Below, piece after piece: positions 22,986 to 31,301 of a DNA stretch of 64,000 nt. The stretch lies in IMG/VR virus record IMGVR_UViG_3300021368_000006, positions 1-64,000 of that record, one strand, 5' to 3'. The position numbers were made by a program, and so were the translations under genes. Each line of letters opens with the position of its first letter. The stretch's first letter is position 1. This stretch comes from an uncultured virus (IMG/VR IMGVR_UViG_3300021368_000006) (taxonomy: Duplodnaviria > Heunggongvirae > Uroviricota > Caudoviricetes). Under the pieces are notes generated by a model. It worked only from the letters and a program-made list of their open reading frames with translations. It was not told where the DNA came from and made no database searches.

Positions 22986-25541
22986 CTACCATGCTCCCAC
23001 TAAAGATAACTTAGCATCCCTCACAGCACCATCAGTATGTCTTACTTCTGGTTTTTGTTTAGGCATAATTGTTGAATTGTTGGTTACATTATTCACAGTA
23101 TTTTGTTGCGGCGCATTTATAATGTTCGCAGCCTGTTTCGCTTCTGATGTAGATTTATCCATAGCAACACTGTCCATCATATTAGACGCTTCTAATTTTT
23201 TGTTAGGAACATCACTTGAGAATGATTCTTGTGCAGAAACACCAGAATCAGCATCCATCATTTCTTGTGCAGAAACACCAGAATCAAAATCCATCATTTT
23301 TGGAGTGATGTTCAATTTGTCTAATTCAGCTTGTAGTTTTTCTATTTCTGCTGCATCTTCTTCTCTGCCTTTAGAATCTCTGCCCCAATAAACATTTTCA
23401 CCACCTTCACTTCTGGTAATTCTATCTTTTGCCTCTGCAATTTTTGACTGAAGTTCTGCTTTTTGATCTTCTGGAGATATCTCTGGAACTGATGCACCTT
23501 CTTCTCCATCAAATGCACCCATATCCTTCGCCATGAGTCCAGCATCAATCGCCGTTGACGCAGCAGTACCAAGGCCTGGTATTATACTAGTAAGTCCAGA
23601 AAGTACCTCTAGGCCTGCACCAGAGAAGTCTCCACTAAATGCTCTTTGAGCACCAAATCCCAATCCTGCAATTAAACCAACGCCGGGGATTTTTTTCAAT
23701 AAAGATTTCCCAAGTCCCTTACTAGCAGTTTTACCAGCAGTTGCAGCCCCCTTTGTAGCGACACTTGCGGCGCCCTTTCCAGTTACTTTAGATGCAAGTC
23801 CACTTATTTTTGCACCAACTCCTTTTGCTGGTGCTGTTATTTTATCCATTACTGATGGCATTTTTGGGGGCACTGAAATACTTGGCGTTTTTGGAAGTTT
23901 GTCGGGTATTGCACTACCAACACCTTTTATTCTATCAGGCATCGAAGTCATTGTATTTTTTACATTACTCGCAACATTACTTGCAGCGTTTGCTGTTTTT
24001 ACCGCTCCAGTTGCAGCAAGTCCTGCTACTGCCCCGCCGCCAAGTTTTAGTGCATTCAATCCAACGTTTTTAATTCCCCCTAATACACCCCTTGCAGCAT
24101 TCAATCCACCACCAATAAAACTTCTTGCTCTTCCTGTAACCCCAGTTCCTACATTTCTTACAAAATTTCCAAGTCTGCCAAATCTTCCGCCGCTTGCCCT
24201 ATTCACTACTGAACCGACTCGGCCGACACCACTTCTTACCGCTCCTCCAACCCTTGAGAATGCACCTCTAATACCGCCTCTTCCTCTAACGTTACCTCGG
24301 CCTCTTCTACCTCTTCGTCCATCTCCAACGCCGTCTAATAGGCCACCTCCGATTCCACCTAACAATCCGTCCAAAAATCCACCCCCATCACCAGAGATTT
24401 CATCTAAGTTTCCAGTGTTTTCTACAATCTGTTCGAGAAGTTTGATTTGAGTTTTTTCTAAATCTTGTTCAATTTTTCTTTCTCTATTATTTTCTCTTTG
24501 ATTTTCTAAATCTAATGGAGATGGATTGTCAGAAGTATCCTGCAAGAATTTTAGAAGATTTACTACTTCTTCTAGATATGGACTGTTTTCTCCAAGTTGT
24601 TCTTTTACTTCATCTAATTTTGTTGCTGTGATTTGAGAAATTTCACTTGGAGCGGATGTCTCTTCTGTAGATAAACTTTGAACATTTTCAGATGGAGATG
24701 GTATTGTAATATTTTCTCTATCGTCTGATACTGAGGTTTCTGGTTGTGGAACAGATACTGGAGACTCTGACATATCAAGTCCATAACTTTTTCTAATGGA
24801 CTCAATTTCATCTTCTCTTGCCTTGTTTGCATCTTCTGTCTCTTTTGCAATCTTTGCCTGACGAATTATAGCATTCTTTTGTTCGTCAATAACCTCTTGT
24901 TCAGTAATACCTCTTGCAAGTGCTTGGTTCGCTACTTCTTCCGATGTTATATTTGCTCTTGAGATGGCTTCTTCATTTGATATTTGTGTTCTTAAAACAG
25001 AAAATTCTTCTTCTTCAATTTTTCTCTGTTCTATAATTCTTCTTTGTCTTTCTTCTTCCTCTGCCTTATTTGCTTTTCTTGTTTCTCTGAATTGTTTAAT
25101 TCTGTCACCAACAAATGATGCACCAAATGCTAATAGTGGACTACCACTCAATGCACCTGTAATAACTCCACCAATTCCACTAATTGAACTTTCTACTGTC
25201 TTTGTTGCAAGATCACCAATAGATTTTTTAAATGTAGTGTTTTGTTTGATACTTTCTTGGGACGCTCTTAATATCTCTTGAAGTGCTTTCTTTTCTTGGT
25301 CAGTAGCACCTTCTAGTTGTGCCAAATCAGCATCAAGAAGGTCAATCTTCTTTTTGGTTTCTTTGAATTCTTTTACAGACACACCTTCTTGCTGTCCAAG
25401 AATATCAGCAACTTCTGTAAGGGCCTGTCTAGCGGCGGCAGATTGCAACTGATCGGTTGCAGCGCTAAATGACGCAGACAATTCCTCTTGGTTTTGTCTG
25501 ATAAGTTTTTCTGTTACCGCTTTTAGATCAGGACTTGCCAT
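22986..25541 (-). CDS. Tape-measure/baseplate hub-like protein (gp29 position)
   Basis: Coiled-coil N-half, Gly/Ala/Lys-rich hydrophobic C-half (KSLLKKIPGVGLIAG); follows gp26/gp51. Confidence 0.65.
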   Translation of the reverse strand: MASPDLKAVTEKLIRQNQEELSASFSAATDQLQSAAARQALTEVADILGQQEGVSVKEFKETKKKIDLLDADLAQLEGATDQEKKALQEILRASQESIKQNTTFKKSIGDLATKTVESSISGIGGVITGALSGSPLLAFGASFVGDRIKQFRETRKANKAEEEERQRRIIEQRKIEEEEFSVLRTQISNEEAISRANITSEEVANQALARGITEQEVIDEQKNAIIRQAKIAKETEDANKAREDEIESIRKSYGLDMSESPVSVPQPETSVSDDRENITIPSPSENVQSLSTEETSAPSEISQITATKLDEVKEQLGENSPYLEEVVNLLKFLQDTSDNPSPLDLENQRENNRERKIEQDLEKTQIKLLEQIVENTGNLDEISGDGGGFLDGLLGGIGGGLLDGVGDGRRGRRGRGNVRGRGGIRGAFSRVGGAVRSGVGRVGSVVNRASGGRFGRLGNFVRNVGTGVTGRARSFIGGGLNAARGVLGGIKNVGLNALKLGGGAVAGLAATGAVKTANAASNVASNVKNTMTSMPDRIKGVGSAIPDKLPKTPSISVPPKMPSVMDKITAPAKGVGAKISGLASKVTGKGAASVATKGAATAGKTASKGLGKSLLKKIPGVGLIAGLGFGAQRAFSGDFSGAGLEVLSGLTSIIPGLGTAASTAIDAGLMAKDMGAFDGEEGASVPEISPEDQKAELQSKIAEAKDRITRSEGGENVYWGRDSKGREEDAAEIEKLQAELDKLNITPKMMDFDSGVSAQEMMDADSGVSAQESFSSDVPNKKLEASNMMDSVAMDKSTSEAKQAANIINAPQQNTVNNVTNNSTIMPKQKPEVRHTDGAVRDAKLSLVGAW
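23226..23299. repeat. 36-bp tandem duplication (MMDxDSGVSAQE twice)
   Basis: ttcttgtgcagaaacaccagaatca repeated at 23226 and 23262. Confidence 0.85.
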
Positions 25542-25544
25542 TTA

Positions 25545-25874
25545 TTACTTCTTCTTATCTGAATATGCGTTGCCCGCAAAGAATGCGGCAACAATTGCAG
25601 CGACAGAAACGAAGTATGTTGCCGCCATGTCACCCAGAATCTTTGATGCTTGATCCAATCCTGCAACTACTGCAATCACTACTGCGAATGGATAGAGTAA
25701 CATACCGAATAAAGAGAACCAGGCCATTTGACGCATTGCATCTCTGCGAGCGTCAGCATCTTCTAGTTCTTTTCTTTTAAACTCAAGATACATCTTTTCT
25801 TCTTCTTTTGAAACCTTTCCATCTCCATTAGTATCGGCGGGGTGATGTCCAGATGCTTTAATTTCTTCTTCCAT
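25545..25874 (-). CDS. Two-TM membrane protein with EF-hand-like loop
   Basis: DTNGDGKVSKEE; two hydrophobic helices; basic C-terminus. Confidence 0.7.
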   Translation of the reverse strand: MEEEIKASGHHPADTNGDGKVSKEEEKMYLEFKRKELEDADARRDAMRQMAWFSLFGMLLYPFAVVIAVVAGLDQASKILGDMAATYFVSVAAIVAAFFAGNAYSDKKK

Positions 25875-25875
25875 A

Positions 25876-26031
25876 TTAACTCCTCATTGCGTCTTTTCTA
25901 CGCTTTTCTTCTTCTTTAATATAGTTTATCAAAAGATTTAAATATATTTCTCTTTCCCACGGTATCATATCTTCTAATTCACTCAAACTATATTTATGGT
26001 GCTGCATCAACGCAAAATTATTTCGATACAT
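25876..26031 (-). CDS. gp51: gp51-like baseplate hub assembly protein (possibly expressed as frameshift extension of gp26)
   Basis: NFALMQHHKYSLSELEDMIPWEREIY motif; reading frame stays open upstream to 26112. Confidence 0.75.
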   Translation of the reverse strand: MYRNNFALMQHHKYSLSELEDMIPWEREIYLNLLINYIKEEEKRRKDAMRS

Positions 26032-26057
26032 CGATGCAAGGGACTCATGATTTAAAC

Positions 26058-26780
26058 TTAGGAAAAAAAATCGGTAATTCCTTTTACTTTCATCGATTTT
26101 TTCCATCCACATTTTCTACAAACAATATTTACATCACATGCAGTTTCTGGCATTGTATTAAAAAAATTGTTAATAGATTCAAACTGTTGCTGTGTTAAAT
26201 TCTCAACAAAAGTTTTTAATTCACTTTCTGAATAATCAGACGCATTATATACTTCACTTCCATCAACGATCATGTCAATACAAGTAGCAACAACATCAAT
26301 TACATCATCTACACTATCTGCAGTTAATACAGAATTTAAGATATTAAAATCTGGATACTTCATAATAATTTTAATATCTGACGTTAGATTCAATTCATTG
26401 GTGTGTCCTTCTTGATTTTCAATCTCTGCCTTTTCTAAGTCTAATGTGAAAGGAATTTGACAGCCCCCCTGCCCCGCTCCTTCTTCTGTACAATCTTCCC
26501 GATTGTAACTCAAACCAATTACGTTTCCAATAGACTTACTTCTAAGTTTGATGAAAATGTGTTCAATATCAAATGTAGAAAGTTTATCAACATCTACATC
26601 AGATACTAAACAGTTTCCAATAATTTGTTTTATCGCATCAATTTTTTCTTGTAACTCTTCTCCCTCTTGTGCCATCAGAAGAATTTTTTCTTCCTTGACC
26701 AAAAACGGACGAAATTTCACACTTTCATTTGTTGATGGTATAGTCAAATCATATGTTGGTGCATTAATTGTAGGTAACAT
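26058..26780 (-). CDS. gp26: Baseplate hub subunit/assembly chaperone
   Basis: MLP.I..PTY.L.IPST...VKFRPFLVKEEKILL, LRSKSIG, MKYP, FF.TMP, G..DFF. Confidence 0.9.
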   Translation of the reverse strand: MLPTINAPTYDLTIPSTNESVKFRPFLVKEEKILLMAQEGEELQEKIDAIKQIIGNCLVSDVDVDKLSTFDIEHIFIKLRSKSIGNVIGLSYNREDCTEEGAGQGGCQIPFTLDLEKAEIENQEGHTNELNLTSDIKIIMKYPDFNILNSVLTADSVDDVIDVVATCIDMIVDGSEVYNASDYSESELKTFVENLTQQQFESINNFFNTMPETACDVNIVCRKCGWKKSMKVKGITDFFS

Positions 26781-26818
26781 ATTTTATCCTCTTCAAGTAT
26801 AATTTAAATTATTATATT

Positions 26819-27403
26819 CTAAATGTCTATATCTAGATTGCTAAGTTCATTTAGAAAATCACGAAACTCCGCTTCAGATTTGGCTGTTTCAGAACGATAT
26901 TTTCTATAGAACATCGTAATCTGACATTGCGCTGGTTCTTCGTTTGCATATGCATATTCAACTGGTCCTATAGATAATGGATATAGATTCTCAAACGTTA
27001 CGGAATGTCGTTTTACATCGTTTTTATCATATGTAATGAGTTCTGCCTGTGGCGCCACATAGTCGTTATAATATGAAATTTTATGTGTAGTAAAATCTAT
27101 AACTTGGTGAAACCAATCTTCAAACCAATCTCTTTCTTTTAAGTTATCACTCAAATATATATTAAACGTCAATTGATCGTATGTAGTTGTGTATGGTGCC
27201 ATTCTTACCGGCCCATAAATCTTGGTTTCTGTTGTTGCAATAGTTTTGCCTGGCAAAGTAATTGACGGAACACGAAATTTTAAGAAATTGTCTGGATTTG
27301 TTAGAAACGACTTCGGCGGCGGTTGAATTCTAAGTTCATACCGATTTACCTGAGTAAGGCCAGATTTTGAAATATTTCCAATGAAATCATCTATTGACGC
27401 CAT
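26819..27403 (-). CDS. Tail tube-fold protein (gp54/gp19-like tube initiator)
   Basis: SITLPGKTI, YGPVR..PY, FEDW, YP.SIG; position in T4-like block. Confidence 0.75.
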   Translation of the reverse strand: MASIDDFIGNISKSGLTQVNRYELRIQPPPKSFLTNPDNFLKFRVPSITLPGKTIATTETKIYGPVRMAPYTTTYDQLTFNIYLSDNLKERDWFEDWFHQVIDFTTHKISYYNDYVAPQAELITYDKNDVKRHSVTFENLYPLSIGPVEYAYANEEPAQCQITMFYRKYRSETAKSEAEFRDFLNELSNLDIDI

Positions 27404-27979
27404 TTATGATCTCCTAGCAGAATCTGACCAAACTTTTGAAGCAGCGGCCTTTTTGAATTTTTGTACTGGTAAAAACAATGCGATATCCCATTCATTTGCC
27501 TCAATTTTTACAAACTTTGATCTAACATGAGCAAACAGGTATTTTTTGAGACAAGGTTTTATGACATTATATTTAGACAGGCCTTTTAGAACATTATAAG
27601 ATAATCTGAGTCTTGTAGTTGAATCATATCTTTTGTTTGATGCAATTTCGGATAACGCATTCATCACAACAATTCTATTTCTTGGAGAAACATAGTGCAA
27701 GTTGATTCCAACAAATCCCCCAGAAATTCTTTCCACCATAAAAATAAGTGGAAATTCATCATAGTATGGTAATTTTTTTGCATACTTAGGGTCATATTGG
27801 TAACAATACATACTTCCAACATTGGGTGTTGCCGCAGAGCGATCTCCATCTCCCAATAGAGATGCTCTTGTGATTCTTGTTTCTCTTGCCTTTTTTCTAA
27901 ACCATTCCCTTGCCTTGTCGGTGTTTGGTCTAATATTTCGGGTAGCGAGTCTATTTAATAGTGGTGTAAAGTCTGTCAT
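27404..27979 (-). CDS. gp2: DNA end protector protein
   Basis: YDPKY.KKLPYYD.FPLI, G.NLHY, PC.K.YL..HVRS. Confidence 0.9.
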   Translation of the reverse strand: MTDFTPLLNRLATRNIRPNTDKAREWFRKKARETRITRASLLGDGDRSAATPNVGSMYCYQYDPKYAKKLPYYDEFPLIFMVERISGGFVGINLHYVSPRNRIVVMNALSEIASNKRYDSTTRLRLSYNVLKGLSKYNVIKPCLKKYLFAHVRSKFVKIEANEWDIALFLPVQKFKKAAASKVWSDSARRS

Positions 27980-27999
27980 TAATTTATGCCGTTTTTTAC

Positions 28000-28007
28000 T
28001 ATTTATA
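28000..28007 (-). promoter_or_regulatory. T4-type late promoter
   Basis: TATAAATA on - strand upstream of gp2. Confidence 0.7.
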
Positions 28008-28012
28008 TCGTT

Positions 28013-28456
28013 TTATTGAGCGAGTTGATCTTCTGTTAAAATTTTAAATTCCCATTTCCTATCTTCGCAGAATTCTTTTGCATATTTCCACTTGGCCTCA
28101 TTGATACTCCAAGTCTTCATTTCACTCAGATATCTTGGTGTAATCTTGGTACGCTTTCTTGGGGGTTTGGTTTCTTTTTTTGGTTTTACTTCGATAACAA
28201 TAGTTCGGGTTTTATTTTCTTCTTGGATCTTTATTACAAAGTCTGGATAGTATTTGTGTTGTCTTCTGTCTATTGGTGAAATGTAAGGTATTACTAATTC
28301 TTCGCTCGACCAGAAAGTGATTGCTTCGTTGTTGTCGCAATACACCATAAACCTTCTTTCCCACGAAGAACGATATACAATGTTATTCACATTGCCTGCA
28401 TATTTTTCTGGATTTGCTGGTTTGTATTTTCCTTTATAAGTAAATCTTTTTCTCAC
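28013..28456 (-). CDS. gp4: Head completion nuclease
   Basis: YKGKYKP.NPEKY.G, YRSSWE, WSSEE..IPY, YYPDF, EVKP..ET, NEAKW. Confidence 0.92.
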   Translation of the reverse strand: MRKRFTYKGKYKPANPEKYAGNVNNIVYRSSWERRFMVYCDNNEAITFWSSEELVIPYISPIDRRQHKYYPDFVIKIQEENKTRTIVIEVKPKKETKPPRKRTKITPRYLSEMKTWSINEAKWKYAKEFCEDRKWEFKILTEDQLAQ

Positions 28457-28470
28457 TTCATAAAAACCTT

Positions 28471-28478
28471 TATAAATA
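28471..28478 (+). promoter_or_regulatory. T4-type late promoter
   Basis: TATAAATA upstream of baseplate operon. Confidence 0.75.
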
Positions 28479-28507
28479 GTATCAAAATATTTAGGAGCAA
28501 GTATTTA

Positions 28508-29353
28508 ATGGCCGCAACAGACTTACCATCCACACTAACGCAACAGAGACAAACAGTTGCAGCGGGCGGAGAAACTTATATCTATCCAATGTCATTGCAT
28601 GAACATGCTGATGTAATTCCAATGCGAGATTTTGTTAGATTCACCGCATATAAAGGTGAGCAGCCTGGTTACACGACTATGCAGACAAGAGGAAGTGCAG
28701 TCGAACTTGAAAAGATCGGGAGTGTCACTCTTCATCTTCCAGAAAATATTGAAAATTCAACAAAGTCCCAATTTGAAGGCGCTGACAGTGGTGCATTGGG
28801 TATGCTGGGCAAGACTGGTGCAGTCGCAGGCGAAGATAATGGATTTCTCGACAAAGTACTTAATCTTGGTGGAGAACTTTCATTATCAGCAACTAAATTT
28901 GCAGGAGGTCTTGCATTTGGTGGTGATGGCAATTTGCAATCTCAAGTTATTGGTGGTAGAGTTTCTGGTGCGAATAAACATATGTTATTCAGAGGAATTG
29001 ATTTTAGGGCGTTCAATTATCAATATAGTATTCTTCCAAGGTCAGATAAAGAATCTATTGAAATTAATAACATGATAAAATTTTTAAGAAAGAATATGCT
29101 TCCTGAAATGGCAGGATTAAATTTTTTCCAAGTTCCTAATACATTTACTGTTGAATACTACTTAGGTGGTAGACCTGCCGAGTTTCTTCACAAAATCAAA
29201 CCATGTGTATTAACTGACTGTACTGTTAAATATGGTGGCAACGGTGCGTTTGCAACTTTCAATGAAACAGATGCTCCTGCAGTTATTGAGTTATCTCTGA
29301 CTTTCCAAGAGGTTCAGTTAGTAACATCTTCGGATGCAGCGGAGGGTTACTAA
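28508..29353 (+). CDS. gp48: Baseplate tail-tube cap
   Basis: LFRGIDFR.F.Y.Y...PRS..E, P..F.VEY, CVLT...V.Y, L.LTFQE. Confidence 0.85.
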   Translation: MAATDLPSTLTQQRQTVAAGGETYIYPMSLHEHADVIPMRDFVRFTAYKGEQPGYTTMQTRGSAVELEKIGSVTLHLPENIENSTKSQFEGADSGALGMLGKTGAVAGEDNGFLDKVLNLGGELSLSATKFAGGLAFGGDGNLQSQVIGGRVSGANKHMLFRGIDFRAFNYQYSILPRSDKESIEINNMIKFLRKNMLPEMAGLNFFQVPNTFTVEYYLGGRPAEFLHKIKPCVLTDCTVKYGGNGAFATFNETDAPAVIELSLTFQEVQLVTSSDAAEGY

Positions 29354-30021
29354 TGTTTAATTATCTAGAGAAAAAGAAATATGATTTAATACTGGACGGA
29401 AAACCAAAAAAGGTAACTAATATCTTTCAAAATGCATACATTATAGAACAATACAGAGAAAATCCTCTTTCGCATTATGAGTATACCGTAAGAGATGAAG
29501 ATACACCAGAAACAATTGCCCATTTATACTATGGCAGTCATACATATGGCTGGGTTGTTTTATGGATGAACGATATTGCAAATGTTTATGATGATTGGCC
29601 AATGACAAGTAGAACACTACAAACTCACATCGAAACCGTTTATGGGGCTCCTGCATATGAAGGGTCAAATTTCTATCCAAGAATATTTAAAACTGGTGAC
29701 TATATCTATGACACATTGGAACAAAAGGTTTTTGTTAGAAGAAATGACAGATGGGAAGTTGTGTTGAATGATTATTCCGCAAGCAATTTAAACGGATTAT
29801 CAATTGCAAGGAATATTCCTATCCATTATACTCACAATGTATTAGGACATAAAATCTCTCCAGACACATATAATCTTCTTACTCCACAAGATAAGAAAAA
29901 ATATACAATCTATAGTGCATATGATTATGAACACGAAAAGAACGAAAAAAACAGAGTAATTAAATTATTAAGAGCAAATTTACTGAATGATTTTCTTTTG
30001 AATTTTGAAGAGGTTATTTAA
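29353..30021 (+). CDS. gp53: Baseplate wedge subunit
   Basis: DTPETIA..YYG...Y.WVVL..N...DWP; E.EKNEKNR.IKLL. Confidence 0.88.
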   Translation: MFNYLEKKKYDLILDGKPKKVTNIFQNAYIIEQYRENPLSHYEYTVRDEDTPETIAHLYYGSHTYGWVVLWMNDIANVYDDWPMTSRTLQTHIETVYGAPAYEGSNFYPRIFKTGDYIYDTLEQKVFVRRNDRWEVVLNDYSASNLNGLSIARNIPIHYTHNVLGHKISPDTYNLLTPQDKKKYTIYSAYDYEHEKNEKNRVIKLLRANLLNDFLLNFEEVI

Positions 30022-31301
30022 TGTCAGATACATTTAAGTTAGGTGATTACAATATTCGTAAATTCACTATTCGTTCACACAACGGATTTGAATTAGATCT
30101 TAAAAGATATTTTACATCAATTCGTATTTTCGAAGATATACTATCGTCTAGTATTACTGCGACAGTTAGTTTTATGGATGTAGAAGATATGCTAACTTTT
30201 ATGCCAATCGTGGGACAAGAAGAAGTTTCATTAGATTTTGAAGTTCCAGAGTGGAAAAATATTAATTTGGATTTTCTTGTTCATAAAATCTCTGAACTGA
30301 CAGATGAGGATGGAACTCAGACTTATAATTTAGAATTGATTTCAAAAGATTTTGCAAAAAATTTTGAAGAAAAGGTGTCGGAATATTTTCAAGGAAGTTC
30401 TACAGACATTGCACAAACTATTTTTTCGAGACTTGGTAGTTCAAAGAGTCTTTCTGTAGAATCGAGTAGTGACCAGTATAGTGGTGATAATGGATTAGTA
30501 ATTCCAAATTATACTCCAATGAAAAGTATTTCATTTTTATGTAATAAAGCGTTTAGTGAGACATATAAAAGTTCTTCCTACATGTTTTTTGAAACAACAA
30601 AAGAATATGTTATGAAACCGTTAGAAATGTTGACACAGGCAGAACCAAAGAATAAATTCATCGTTGGTGCATACAAAAGTGCTGGTGCAAAAGAACTTGA
30701 TGATATCTCAACAAATGTTGAAAATAAGAAAGTAATTAGTTTTAATTTTGATTCAAACTTCGATGTTCTTGGAAATATGACAAAGGGGTTTTATAATTCA
30801 GAAGTTTATGCTGTGGATTTACTAACACGACAGGTTAAGAATTATACACACTCATATTGGGAAAATTATGGAGACTATAAGTACTTGGACAGTAACACTT
30901 TTCAAGATACTACTGGCCAAGGAATGCAATATAAACCAAAAAACTTATATGTTGTTCCAGAAAGAGACTTACAGGGCGGAAACCCCACATTCAATCAGGA
31001 AAAACTTTTTCTTCCAAGATTATTTTATATGCAGTTGATGAAAAATATAAAAGTAACTATTACTGTTTTTGGAGATACTGATGTTTGTGCTGGGGATGTC
31101 TTAGAACTTGAAATGCCAATATACCAAAGAGATAATACAGGAACAAACAAATATTATAGTGGAAAGTATTTAGTGTTTGCAATTAGACATAGAATTGAGG
31201 GTGGGAGATATCAAACCGACATTGAGTTAGTTAGAGATAGTATTGGACTTCCGTTACCAGCGGAATCGCCGACACCTCCATCTGGTGGGAGTATACAATA
31301 A
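30021..31301 (+). CDS. Baseplate hub protein (gp27-like)
   Basis: IFEDI, PIVGQE, FFET, GD..V.AGD, YSGKYLV.AIRH; between gp53 and gp5. Confidence 0.75.
   Translation: MSDTFKLGDYNIRKFTIRSHNGFELDLKRYFTSIRIFEDILSSSITATVSFMDVEDMLTFMPIVGQEEVSLDFEVPEWKNINLDFLVHKISELTDEDGTQTYNLELISKDFAKNFEEKVSEYFQGSSTDIAQTIFSRLGSSKSLSVESSSDQYSGDNGLVIPNYTPMKSISFLCNKAFSETYKSSSYMFFETTKEYVMKPLEMLTQAEPKNKFIVGAYKSAGAKELDDISTNVENKKVISFNFDSNFDVLGNMTKGFYNSEVYAVDLLTRQVKNYTHSYWENYGDYKYLDSNTFQDTTGQGMQYKPKNLYVVPERDLQGGNPTFNQEKLFLPRLFYMQLMKNIKVTITVFGDTDVCAGDVLELEMPIYQRDNTGTNKYYSGKYLVFAIRHRIEGGRYQTDIELVRDSIGLPLPAESPTPPSGGSIQ

Noticed and set aside
22966..25780. Plus-strand ORFs of up to 183 aa
   Set aside because: Antisense shadows of the tape-measure-like gene; no motifs
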